In this document: positions 27,400 through 36,080 of the stretch, piece after piece
Layout: every line of letters begins with the position of its first letter
Position numbering within the stretch: the stretch's first letter is position 1
Assembly: GCA_965207275.1 (NCBI GenBank)
Contig: CBDBMH010000002.1
Location: forward strand, 985,101-1,049,100
Direction of reading: 5' to 3'
Length of the DNA: 64,000 bases
DNA from: Dehalococcoidia bacterium
GTDB lineage: Bacteria > Chloroflexota > Dehalococcoidia > Lucifugimonadales > UBA3495
Notes under the pieces: generated by a model
The model's input: only the letters and a program-made list of their open reading frames with translations
Told to the model about the DNA's origin: nothing
Database searches by the model: none
Translations under genes and position numbers: made by a program

Positions 27400-28827
27400 C
27401 TATTTGCCGAAAGGCCACCATTCCGGATAATCTCGCAACCGCAGCCATCGAAAGAGCTGCGGCTGCGCCTCCACGGCCAATCTCAGGGCTTCCAGGATGG
27501 GTTCACGGATGGACTCGTGGGCCTGCCCTGATGAGCGAAGCTTGAATAGATGGTAGCACTCTCTCAGGTTCATCTTCGAAAGGATGCGCCGGTAGTGCCC
27601 GTGGGTTACCAGGTACTGGGCGGCCTGCGGCGAAATCTTCATGATCTCGTTGAAGCCGTTTTCGGATAATTGCATGGCGGAACGGAACTCGTCCTCTACT
27701 CCGGCTTCAACCAACAGGCCGGGCACCTTGTAACCCAGGGTCACGTTGAGGCTCTGGGGAAAGTAGGACTGCATCCGGTGGCGCTTGAATTCCCGGTAGG
27801 CGCCGTAGTCCATTATGAATTCGAAGGTGTAGTCCACCAATTCGAACTCCCTTATTGGCGCGTCGTGATCACCCAGATTGTTCATGTGTCTGTCAATGAG
27901 CTGTGACCGATCATCATGATTTAGCTCCTGGGCAAGCTTCCAGGCCTCTTCGTAACTTCCCGCCATTTGGCGGAAAAGGATGGTGGCGATAAGCTTGTCC
28001 TCGGCCTGATGGTCGAAATCCACCAGCCGCACCGAAGCTGGCGATTTTGAACTGATTTCAGGGATGGGAAGCCCAAGCTGCCAGGCCCTTTGCAACGACT
28101 CCTCCAGGAAAGCACTGCGGTCCGCATACTTAATCAGGGTTGGCGTTATGAGGCGACCTTGTTCGCGAATCTGCTCACCCAGCGCGCGTTCCTCGGCCAG
28201 CCCTGAAGACATGAGCTTCGATATGGCGTGTTCCAGGACTCTTGCATTGGCTGTGATCCCTACGTTGGTCAGGGTCGCTGCTGGCAGGACCGACCTGCAA
28301 GCGTCGGTGGCCAGTCGTCTCAAACGCAGATTGTAGGCGCCTTCCCGCTCCCTTTCTCGTTGGGGCCGAACGCTGCGAAGGTGTGTCATGCAACCGTCCA
28401 GCAGTTGATGGTAGCTGGCGAACAGGCCCTGACAGGTGGATATGTATGCAGCCCTCGCTTTGAGATTTCCGTCCAACTCCCTGGGTACGTGATAGTAATC
28501 GATAGGCATTACCTGGTAGCGGGAGGACTTCTCTGTATAGGATGCCAGCCGATTGTCTTCCAGGGAATCGCAAGCCAGGCGGGAAATGTCCTCCACCGCC
28601 AGGTGAACTACCGCGTGTTCGGCCACCGAGGAGTGGCCGTAACCCAGAACCCATCGCTCGTGAAAGTCTGCTGCCTTTTCCCTGCTAACCTGCTCGGCAA
28701 TCTCGTCGAAGGGTTCCGGCCGCCGGGAGGTCATGGCGAACGCAACCGCAATCTCCTCTTCGGTGAGCTTGTGCGCGTCCAGCGGATAAACTCGCGAGGA
28801 ATAGGGTGGGGCCTGCGGTATGGTCAT
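27400..28827 (-). CDS. thyX: flavin-dependent thymidylate synthase, tandem two-domain form
   Basis: 475-aa ORF, about twice normal ThyX length. The N-half has GHSSVAEH and NRLASYTEKSSRYQ. The C-half has FKRHRMQSYFPQS (RHR-x7-S motif). Confidence 0.75.
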   Translation of the reverse strand: MTIPQAPPYSSRVYPLDAHKLTEEEIAVAFAMTSRRPEPFDEIAEQVSREKAADFHERWVLGYGHSSVAEHAVVHLAVEDISRLACDSLEDNRLASYTEKSSRYQVMPIDYYHVPRELDGNLKARAAYISTCQGLFASYHQLLDGCMTHLRSVRPQREREREGAYNLRLRRLATDACRSVLPAATLTNVGITANARVLEHAISKLMSSGLAEERALGEQIREQGRLITPTLIKYADRSAFLEESLQRAWQLGLPIPEISSKSPASVRLVDFDHQAEDKLIATILFRQMAGSYEEAWKLAQELNHDDRSQLIDRHMNNLGDHDAPIREFELVDYTFEFIMDYGAYREFKRHRMQSYFPQSLNVTLGYKVPGLLVEAGVEDEFRSAMQLSENGFNEIMKISPQAAQYLVTHGHYRRILSKMNLRECYHLFKLRSSGQAHESIREPILEALRLAVEAQPQLFRWLRLRDYPEWWPFGK

Positions 28828-28925
28828 CGAGTCAGGTTCCTCAAGCTTATTGGGACAAGGCGAAGAAAAGATGGGGCCGGGAGCGGGGGCCTCTAGGTAG
28901 TTCGAATTGATGGCGCCCTAGCCTT

Positions 28926-30347
28926 CTAAATCAGAAGGCTTATTGGCCTCTCCAGCAGTCCCTTTACTTCAACCAGGAAACGGGCCGCCTCGGCTCCGTC
29001 TGCCACCCGGTGGTCGGTAGAGAGGGTAGCCTTCATAACCTGACCTACCGCCAGTTGCCCTTCGCGGACCACGGGCTGTTCCTTAACGGTTCCCACCGCC
29101 AGCACGGCGGCATGGGGCGGGAATATGATGGCTGCAAAGCTGTCCACGTCGAACATTCCCAGGTTGCTGATGCTGAAGGTGGTACCGCTGTATTCCTCGT
29201 TGCGCAGTGATCCACTGTTGGCACGAGCAATCAAGTCCTTGCTGGCTGCGGCAATTTCCGCCAGGGACTTGTTACCGCAGTCGCTAATGCCGGGAACAAT
29301 CAGGCCCGACTCCAGGGATATAGCGATGCCGATGTTGATGGCGCGGTTAAATTGCAGGTGGTCTTCCTGGAAGAAGGCATTGAACTTGGAGTGCCGGGCC
29401 AACGCGATGGCGCAGGCCCGCACTACCAGGTCGTTGACGCTTACCCGGCTCTCCGCCGCCACGGCGTCGTTTATCTCGCGTCGCAACTCCATAGCCTTGC
29501 CCATCTCGATGTCGGCGGTGACGTAGAAGTGCGGGGCCTGGCGCTTGCTGTCCACTGTCACGCGGGCTATGGCCTGGCGCATCCGCGAAAGCTCAACCCG
29601 CTCGCCATCGGAAGTGGCCACCCCATCTACCTCGGGTAATTCCCTGACATCGGGAGCCATCTGGGCAGCTGAAACGACAGGAATCGGACTATCTGCTGCC
29701 GCCGCCTCCGGAGCACTTGCATGGTACGCAAGAACATCCTGCTCGATAATCCTGCCACCCGGCCCAGTGCCCTTGACTTGGGCCAGGTCAATCCCTCTTT
29801 CTCTCCCTCGCCGGCGTGCCAGGGGAGACGCCTTGATCCAACCCTCCGGCTGAACGCCATCACCCGACGGCACGAATTCCAGCACATCCTTCTCGACAAT
29901 TCTGCCGCCCGGTCCTGTGCCGGAAACCAGGGTCAAGTCTAACCCTCTTTCCCTCGCCAACCGGCGGGCTATGGGAGAAGCCCGGACTTCCCCGTCCTGC
30001 CTCGCCGGCACAGTGTCAGCCGTTTGCACGGCAACAGGTTCCACATCGGCGGCCGGTGCCGCCCCCAGCGAAACGGACGCTTCCTCAGGATCCTGGCCCA
30101 ACTCCTCCCCGGGGTCGGCGATAACCGCAATGGCGTCGCCCACCGCCACCGGAATGCCTTCCTGGGCCACCCTGCGATGAAGTACGCCGCCGGTATAGGC
30201 TTCGAATTCGACGGTGGCCTTGTCCGTCTCAATGTCGGCAATAACCTCACCCCGGGCCACCTCTTCGCCTTCTTGCTTGTACCAGCGGACGACAGTCCCT
30301 TCCCGCATGTCGTAGCCCATTTTCGGCATTACAATGGTGGTCGCCAA
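28926..30347 (-). CDS. 2-oxoacid dehydrogenase E2 (dihydrolipoamide acyltransferase): one lipoyl domain, two E3-binding domains
   Basis: 473-aa ORF with lipoyl site ETDKATVEFEA and catalytic DHRVADGAEAARF. Two PSBD copies are present (VRASPIARRLARERGLDL... and IKASPLARRRGRERGIDL...). Confidence 0.9.
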   Translation of the reverse strand: MATTIVMPKMGYDMREGTVVRWYKQEGEEVARGEVIADIETDKATVEFEAYTGGVLHRRVAQEGIPVAVGDAIAVIADPGEELGQDPEEASVSLGAAPAADVEPVAVQTADTVPARQDGEVRASPIARRLARERGLDLTLVSGTGPGGRIVEKDVLEFVPSGDGVQPEGWIKASPLARRRGRERGIDLAQVKGTGPGGRIIEQDVLAYHASAPEAAAADSPIPVVSAAQMAPDVRELPEVDGVATSDGERVELSRMRQAIARVTVDSKRQAPHFYVTADIEMGKAMELRREINDAVAAESRVSVNDLVVRACAIALARHSKFNAFFQEDHLQFNRAINIGIAISLESGLIVPGISDCGNKSLAEIAAASKDLIARANSGSLRNEEYSGTTFSISNLGMFDVDSFAAIIFPPHAAVLAVGTVKEQPVVREGQLAVGQVMKATLSTDHRVADGAEAARFLVEVKGLLERPISLLI

Positions 30348-30385
30348 TTCAGCCTCCTGTCTGGCCTCGTGGAAAGGGTGGATCG

Positions 30386-31774
30386 TTACATGTGGACTGC
30401 GCGACCCTCGGCCGCCAACGCCGCCTCTTTGATTATCTCAGAAATCGTGGGATGAGCATGGACCAGCCACCCCAGCTCCAAAGTAGTCCCTTCCAGCAAG
30501 CGGGTAAGGGCAAGCTCTCCCAGCAACTCGGTAACCTCCGGGCCCACCAGGTGCGCGCCCAGGATTTCGCCGTACCTGGAATCGACCACCAGCTTGATCA
30601 ATCCTTCGGTCTCGCCCATTCCCAGGGCCTTGCCGTTGGCCTGGATGTTGAATTTGCCGATCTTCACGTCGTGGCCGGCTTCCACCGCCTGGGCCTCGGT
30701 TAAACCAAAGCTTGCAATCTGGGGCTGGCAATAGGTCGCCCTAGGCATCAAAGTATAATCCAGGGGCTGCGGCTCCAGGCCGGCTATTGCTTCGGCGGCC
30801 ACCGTGGCCTGGGCGGAAGCTACGTGGGCCAGGGCCAGCTTCCCGGTGACATCTCCGATGGCGTAAATCCCGGGCAGGTTGGTCGCCATTCTATCGTCCA
30901 CCTGGACAAATCCCCTTTCGGTGGCCACCCCCAGGGACTCCAGACCCAGGTTTTCACTGTTTGGCTCGACTCCGATGGCCACCAGGACTTTATCGCAGGC
31001 AATAACCTGCTCATTGCCGTTCCTGGATATAGTGACCTGGAGCCCACTGCCGGCGTCAGATATTCCGGTTACGGCTGCTCCGGTGACAATGCTTATCCCG
31101 TGCCTGCCTAAAGACCGCTCCACTTCTCGGCTGATTTCCTGGTCCTCGCCCGGGGCTAAACGCGGCAGCAATTCGACCATAGTGACTTCTACGCCGTACA
31201 TCCGGTACAGGTAGGCGAACTCCAAGCCGATGGCGCCGCCGCCTACAATGATGATGGAGTCAGGAAGGTCGGCCAGGACGATGGCCTCCTTGCTGGTGAT
31301 TACCCTCTCTCCGTCCACCGGCAGGGTCGGAATTGAGCGGGGCCTGGCCCCGGTGGCGATGACGATGTTCTTGGCCTGTAGTCTCTTGCCTTCAGGGCCC
31401 ACCTCGACGACGCCGTTTCCGCGCAGGGCCGCCTCGCCGGTAATGTGGTCCACGTTGTTTTTTCTCAGCAGGTAGGATACGCCCCGTACGTTGCGATCAA
31501 CCACCTTGCGGCTGCGCTCTATGGCGGCGGAGAAATCGGCGGAGAAATTGTCAAACTTGATCCCGAACTCATCAGCCCGCTTGAAGTAGGAGACCACCTC
31601 CGCATTTCTGAGAAGGGCTTTGCTGGGAATACAGCCCCAGTTAAGGCAAACTCCACCCAGCGCCTCCCTCTCAACAATGGCGCACTTCAGGCCCAGCTGG
31701 GCGGCCCTGATTGCCGCTACATAGCCCCCTGGGCCCGCCCCGACAACCGCCAGATCGTACTCCCCGTCCATCAC
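30386..31774 (-). CDS. lpdA: dihydrolipoyl dehydrogenase (E3)
   Basis: 462-aa ORF with GAGPGGYVAAIRAAQLG, redox disulfide CLNWGCIPSK, and HAHPT near the C-terminus. Confidence 0.9.
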   Translation of the reverse strand: MMDGEYDLAVVGAGPGGYVAAIRAAQLGLKCAIVEREALGGVCLNWGCIPSKALLRNAEVVSYFKRADEFGIKFDNFSADFSAAIERSRKVVDRNVRGVSYLLRKNNVDHITGEAALRGNGVVEVGPEGKRLQAKNIVIATGARPRSIPTLPVDGERVITSKEAIVLADLPDSIIIVGGGAIGLEFAYLYRMYGVEVTMVELLPRLAPGEDQEISREVERSLGRHGISIVTGAAVTGISDAGSGLQVTISRNGNEQVIACDKVLVAIGVEPNSENLGLESLGVATERGFVQVDDRMATNLPGIYAIGDVTGKLALAHVASAQATVAAEAIAGLEPQPLDYTLMPRATYCQPQIASFGLTEAQAVEAGHDVKIGKFNIQANGKALGMGETEGLIKLVVDSRYGEILGAHLVGPEVTELLGELALTRLLEGTTLELGWLVHAHPTISEIIKEAALAAEGRAVHM

Positions 31775-31943
31775 TACCTTCTCGGATACAAGGTTGGCCC
31801 GATTATACCGAGCCGCAAACTGCCTAACAAGCTCAACAGATTGGGGTTACCGAAGACGGTTACCCTTAGGCCTCCGCCCAAACTGTAAAATCTTCCTTAA
31901 ACGTGCTACCATGGCTATTGTAATTCAGAATTCAGGGGGAGAC

Positions 31944-32150
31944 ATGGGATTCGGGCCTATCGGGTTGCCCCAGATACTAATCATTCTATTGATCGTATTG
32001 CTTATCTTCGGAGCAAAGAGGTTGCCCGAAATTGGTTCGTCGCTGGGCAAAGGCATAAGGAGTTTCAAGAGTTCGGTCACTGGCGAGGAAGAAGCCAAGA
32101 ATACAACCGTTAATAGCGAATCTGCTGAGTCGGTGGACGACAAGAAATAG
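31944..32150 (+). CDS. tatA: twin-arginine translocase TatA/E family protein
   Basis: Inside ORF 31794-32150. The ATG at 31944 follows AGGGGGA. Sequence begins MGFGPIGLPQILIILLIVLLIFGAKRLPEIG. Confidence 0.85.
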   Translation: MGFGPIGLPQILIILLIVLLIFGAKRLPEIGSSLGKGIRSFKSSVTGEEEAKNTTVNSESAESVDDKK

Positions 32151-32189
32151 ACCTACAAACAACAGGCTTCTTACAGATTTCTTATCTAG

Positions 32190-32215
32190 AGGACGGCGGC
32201 AGGCCGTCCTTTCTT
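32190..32215 (+). terminator. probable rho-independent terminator of tatA
   Basis: AGGACGGC (32190-32197) pairs with GCCGTCCT (32203-32210) and is followed by TTCTT. Confidence 0.45.
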
Positions 32216-32984
32216 ATTGCCCCTCGGGTAGGGACGTCATTTCTCTCCGTGCCCGCTGGCGCGCCCTTCCCGCCAGCCAGGCCAGCAAAATGCCCAGTTC
32301 GTACAGGGCGAGAAGCGGAGCTGCCACCAGCGTCTGATTAAGCGGGTCAAATGTCGGTGTGATGATCGCGCCCAGGATGAAGGCGATTACCACCCAGTAT
32401 TTTCTGAATCTCGCGAACATCCTGGCGGTTACTATACCCAGCTGCCCCAGCAAGTACATTACTACCGGTGTCTCGAAGGACAGGCCCATCCAGAAGTGCA
32501 GCCGAAGCATCACGTCCACATAGTTGCTTATTCTGATCAAGGGGTCGGCCACACCGCCGCCAAAGGTCAGTAGAAAAGGCAGCGCCCGGGGCGTCAGCAC
32601 AAAGTAGGCAAAGGCAAGCCCGCCGCAGAAAGCCAGCAGGGCGCCGGGCATGAATAGCAGCAGGTAACGGCGCTCCGAGGTGGTCAACCCTGGAGCCACG
32701 AACCGGATGACCTGGTAGAGAATTACTGGCAACGCCAGTACGAATCCGCCCACAAGAGAGACCTTGACGCTGGTGGAAAGCAACTCGGCCACCTGGGTAG
32801 CGATGAGGTTAACGCCTTGCCCCCCGTTGACTTCCTGAGCCGGACGCTTCAATAGTTCCACAACGTCCGTCCAGAAGAAGAATGCCACCATGGCGCCAAT
32901 TACAAGGGCGGCCAGGCAAATGAAGATTCGGCGCCGGAGTTCGCTGAGATGTTCAAGGAGCGTAAGTTCACGACTGCTGCTCAT
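32214..32984 (-). CDS. tatC: twin-arginine translocase subunit TatC
   Basis: 256-aa polytopic membrane ORF with LLEHLSELRRR near the N-terminus, typical of TatC. Confidence 0.9.
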   Translation of the reverse strand: MSSSRELTLLEHLSELRRRIFICLAALVIGAMVAFFFWTDVVELLKRPAQEVNGGQGVNLIATQVAELLSTSVKVSLVGGFVLALPVILYQVIRFVAPGLTTSERRYLLLFMPGALLAFCGGLAFAYFVLTPRALPFLLTFGGGVADPLIRISNYVDVMLRLHFWMGLSFETPVVMYLLGQLGIVTARMFARFRKYWVVIAFILGAIITPTFDPLNQTLVAAPLLALYELGILLAWLAGRARQRARREMTSLPEGQ

Positions 32985-33252
32985 TTCCGTCTCCGCTTCC
33001 GGCGGTTGGGACTGCCCCGGTGGGGGGCGGCGCTGGTGGCTTTTTGCTCGGTTCGGTGTCCTGGGCCGACGAGGGATGGCGCGGCTCGCTCAAATCCGTG
33101 GCAGCAGTCAACTCATTGACGCTGCGCTTGACGTCGCCAATCAATTTCCCAGCAGTCCGGGCCATTTCGATGGTGTTGGCAGGCCCCATCACCAGGAATG
33201 CGATGAGGAAAATAACTGCGAGTTCCAACATTCCCACGCTAAAGAGGTTCAC
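32968..33252 (-). CDS. tatB: TatA/TatB family protein (probable TatB)
   Basis: ORF 32968-33297. I propose a GTG start at 33252, giving MNLFSVGMLELAVIFLIAFLVMGP. This start overlaps the upstream TAG stop by 1 nt, and the 3' end overlaps tatC by 17 nt. Confidence 0.6.
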   Translation of the reverse strand: MNLFSVGMLELAVIFLIAFLVMGPANTIEMARTAGKLIGDVKRSVNELTAATDLSEPRHPSSAQDTEPSKKPPAPPPTGAVPTAGSGDGNEQQS

Positions 33253-35093
33253 TATGCCTCCTCCTCGCCATCCCTTAAGGGGCAAAAGCCCAGGCACCGA
33301 CTACCCACTGAGGCGGCAAGACCGGCCGGCATTTGATAGCCCAACTCTTGCAACATTTCGAGCATACGGCAAAGGGGAAGCCCGACCACGTTGGTGTAGC
33401 ATCCACCCTTCAGGGTGGCGGGCCGAAAAGCGGTGTCCTGCACCGCGTATGCGCCGGCCTTGTCCATTGGAGTGCCCGAGGAGATTGAAGCCTCCATCTC
33501 CTCATCTGTGAAATCGCGCATGACAATTTCAGCCGTCATGTGGTCGGTCAGATATTGCCCCGTGGCAACGTTTACTACGGTCAAGCCGGTGGTGACCTGG
33601 TGGTCCGTTCCTCGCAATTCGCGAAGCATGCGTCGGGCGTCATCCTCATCTTCGGGCTTGCCAATGGATCGCCCTTCCAGGACCACCGTGCTGTCGGCCC
33701 CGATGACATATCCCACTGTCATGTTCTCCGCAACCACCATGGCCTTGTCTACGGAAAGCCGCCTGACCATGTCTTCGGCCGTCTCGCCTTTCAGGGGTTC
33801 TTCCGGGGCGTTGGATGGCTTCACTACGAAGTCCAGGCCAAGTTCAGTCATCAACTCCCGGCGCCTGGGAGAGCTGGAGGCGAGCACCAGAGGCGGCTTT
33901 GTCTGTTTCAGCTCTAATACCGCCACACATTCTACGTGGTGGGTCTGGGGAAACATATCCAGGGGCTGTATGTGGTCTACAGCATATCGTTCTGCGCACA
34001 GGACCTTGAGATCCCTGGCCAAAGTTTCAGGATCGCATGATACGTAGACCAGGCGAGGCGCTCGCAGGGCAATCAGCTTGTCCAGGGCCGAGCGCTGGCA
34101 TCCCGCCCTGGGAGGGTCCAGGATGACGACGTCGGGCGACCGCGGTAATTCGGACAATACCTCTTCGGTTTTGCCCAGCAGAAACTCCACGTTCTCAATA
34201 CCCTCGGCATTTTCCCTGGCGTCAGCCAGTGCCGCGGAAGATTCTTCAATGGCGTACACCTGTTCCACGAAAGGAGCCAATAGGACCGCGAAAGTCCCTA
34301 CTCCCGCATAAGCGTCCAGCAAGACCTCTCGGCCCGACAGGCTGACCGCTTCCCGTACAACTTCGATCAAACGGGACGCCTGGTCTACGTTTACTTGAAA
34401 GAAGGATGGAGAAGCCACCCGGAACTGCCGGCTTCCCACCGACTCCAGATAATGCTTTTGTCCCGTGGGAATGGCGATTTCTTTGTTCTTCAATGGCGGC
34501 TGCACCAGGAAGTCCGCCGTATCCCGACCGGCTCGAATGGCCAGTTGCGTCGTCTCACCGCAGTGGTCCTGCAATACCGACAGGATGCCGTTGATTCCAT
34601 CGTGCATCAGCAAGCACTGGTCGATGCGCACGAACCGGCGAGTTTCCCGGTTCACGAAGCCCAGGTCACCAGTCCTGCCTACGGTGAACCTGGCGTGATT
34701 GCGGTAACCCAATTGCTGGGGAGATGGCAGGGTGGCCATGACAGTAATGTTTTCCAGGCCTCCCACGCGCCCCAGCGCATCCATTACCTTGTCGCGCTTG
34801 TATGCCAGTTGCGCCTGGTAGTCCAGGTGCTGCCACTGGCACCCGGTGCACTCTCCGTAATAGGGACAGGGAGGCTCCACCCGGTCAGTTGAAGGGGTCA
34901 AAACCCTTACGACCTGGGCTGCCACGTACTTTCGCTTTATCCTGACTACTTCTGCCTGCACAATCTCGCCAGGGATCCCTCCCAGAACGAAAACATCCTC
35001 ACCATCGTGGGAAGCCATTGCTTCGCCCAATCTCCCCCACGATGTGAGGGACAGCTCAATTTCTTGCCCTATGTGAAGCTTCTGCTGAACCAA
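33252..35093 (-). CDS. fusion protein: TRAM + [4Fe-4S] m5U RNA methyltransferase (RumA/RlmD type) + Maf nucleotide pyrophosphatase
   Basis: A single 613-aa ORF. Aa 1-394 carry CPYYGECTGCQWQH, LLDAYAGVGTF, ILDPPRAG, YVSCDP and FPQTHHVECVAVLE (the normal C-terminus of this MTase family). Aa 402-600 carry LVLASSSPRRRELM, GADSTV and DKAGAYAVQD (Maf). Confidence 0.8.
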   Translation of the reverse strand: MVQQKLHIGQEIELSLTSWGRLGEAMASHDGEDVFVLGGIPGEIVQAEVVRIKRKYVAAQVVRVLTPSTDRVEPPCPYYGECTGCQWQHLDYQAQLAYKRDKVMDALGRVGGLENITVMATLPSPQQLGYRNHARFTVGRTGDLGFVNRETRRFVRIDQCLLMHDGINGILSVLQDHCGETTQLAIRAGRDTADFLVQPPLKNKEIAIPTGQKHYLESVGSRQFRVASPSFFQVNVDQASRLIEVVREAVSLSGREVLLDAYAGVGTFAVLLAPFVEQVYAIEESSAALADARENAEGIENVEFLLGKTEEVLSELPRSPDVVILDPPRAGCQRSALDKLIALRAPRLVYVSCDPETLARDLKVLCAERYAVDHIQPLDMFPQTHHVECVAVLELKQTKPPLVLASSSPRRRELMTELGLDFVVKPSNAPEEPLKGETAEDMVRRLSVDKAMVVAENMTVGYVIGADSTVVLEGRSIGKPEDEDDARRMLRELRGTDHQVTTGLTVVNVATGQYLTDHMTAEIVMRDFTDEEMEASISSGTPMDKAGAYAVQDTAFRPATLKGGCYTNVVGLPLCRMLEMLQELGYQMPAGLAASVGSRCLGFCPLRDGEEEA

Positions 35094-35361
35094 TGGATCA
35101 CCCTATCACACTATAAACCAAGAAACTGCCATAATCCAAGAAAAAAGTAACTGGACTAGCGTGACGCGATGCCCATGAACGGGTCCGCAAGTGTATTGAA
35201 GGACTGTGCTGAGGCGCACTGATTCCGGTTGACCTGAATGGAGGGCAAAGGCTAAACTGGAAGAAATCCAACCGAAAAATGTTAGTGACTCTATCACTAC
35301 TCAGGTAAGCGGAAGGATTGCAGCAATTTAACAGGGGATTAGAGCTTCCCCGGAGGAACAA

Positions 35362-35691
35362 ATGCCCGAACCAGTGGACGTTACCGAAAACACCTGGGCG
35401 GATCAAGTAGAGGGGTCTGAACTGCCCGTGTTGGTAGATTTTTGGGCCGAATGGTGTGGCCCCTGCAAAATGATCGCCCCCGCAGTCCATGACCTTGCCT
35501 TGGAATATGACGGCAAGCTGAACGTGGCGAAGCTAGATGTGGACAATAATCCGAACATAGCAATGAAGTTCGGAGTCCGCAGCATTCCGGCGCTGATCTT
35601 TTTCAAGGATGGCCAGCCTGTGGACCAGGTGGTTGGCGCCGTCCCCAAGGGAGCTTTGAAGCGAAAGATCGATTCCGTATTGGAGAGTTAG
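35362..35691 (+). CDS. trxA: thioredoxin
   Basis: 109-aa ORF with active site WAEWCGPCK. Confidence 0.9.
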   Translation: MPEPVDVTENTWADQVEGSELPVLVDFWAEWCGPCKMIAPAVHDLALEYDGKLNVAKLDVDNNPNIAMKFGVRSIPALIFFKDGQPVDQVVGAVPKGALKRKIDSVLES

Positions 35692-35726
35692 CAACCGCGT
35701 CCTTACCCACTCAGGTAAGGTATCAG

Positions 35727-35823
35727 GGGAGTGGAAGGGGCCCGGTGGCTCTTGCGGACTTCAAATCCGTTGTGCCTCGTGAAGAGCGGGGTAGGTGGGT
35801 TCGACTCCCTCGCACTCCCGCCA
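35727..35823 (+). tRNA. selC: tRNA-Sec (anticodon UCA), CCA encoded
   Basis: The anticodon loop CTTCAAA gives anticodon TCA. The D-arm has a 6-bp stem (GGGGCC/GGCTCT) with a CGGT tetraloop, as in E. coli selC. There is a long extra arm (CCTCG-TGAAGAG-CGGGG), a T-loop TTCGACT, an acceptor GGGAGTG/CACTCCC, discriminator G, and CCA. Confidence 0.75.
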
Positions 35824-35852
35824 CCTTTCTTCGCAGCTACTGGATAATAGAC

Positions 35853-35887
35853 AAGCCCGGTCACTCCACGGCCGGGCTTAATTCTTG
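35853..35887 (+). terminator. hairpin terminator after selC
   Basis: AAGCCCGGTC pairs with GGCCGGGCTT (one G-U pair) and is followed by AATTCTT. Confidence 0.45.
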
Positions 35888-36080
35888 GCCTTATGCTCGC
35901 CTTTTCGACTCGTTTGGATCGACCGGTAAACCTGATCGACGGAAGTCCCTTAGCTTGTCCGGTGTTAGCGTGTCTGTTACTCTACCCATACACTGTCGAA
36001 CGTGCCCTTCGCACGCCGAGGATCCCTCCTCTCATTAACTAACCGGTTCCCTGTCATATTGGTCATATTAGAGGCTAGCA

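Noticed and set aside
35745-36038. 97-aa track ORF overlapping the tRNA-Sec gene and its terminator.
   Set aside because: It starts inside the tRNA, has no RBS, and its product has no recognisable features. The tRNA call explains the region.
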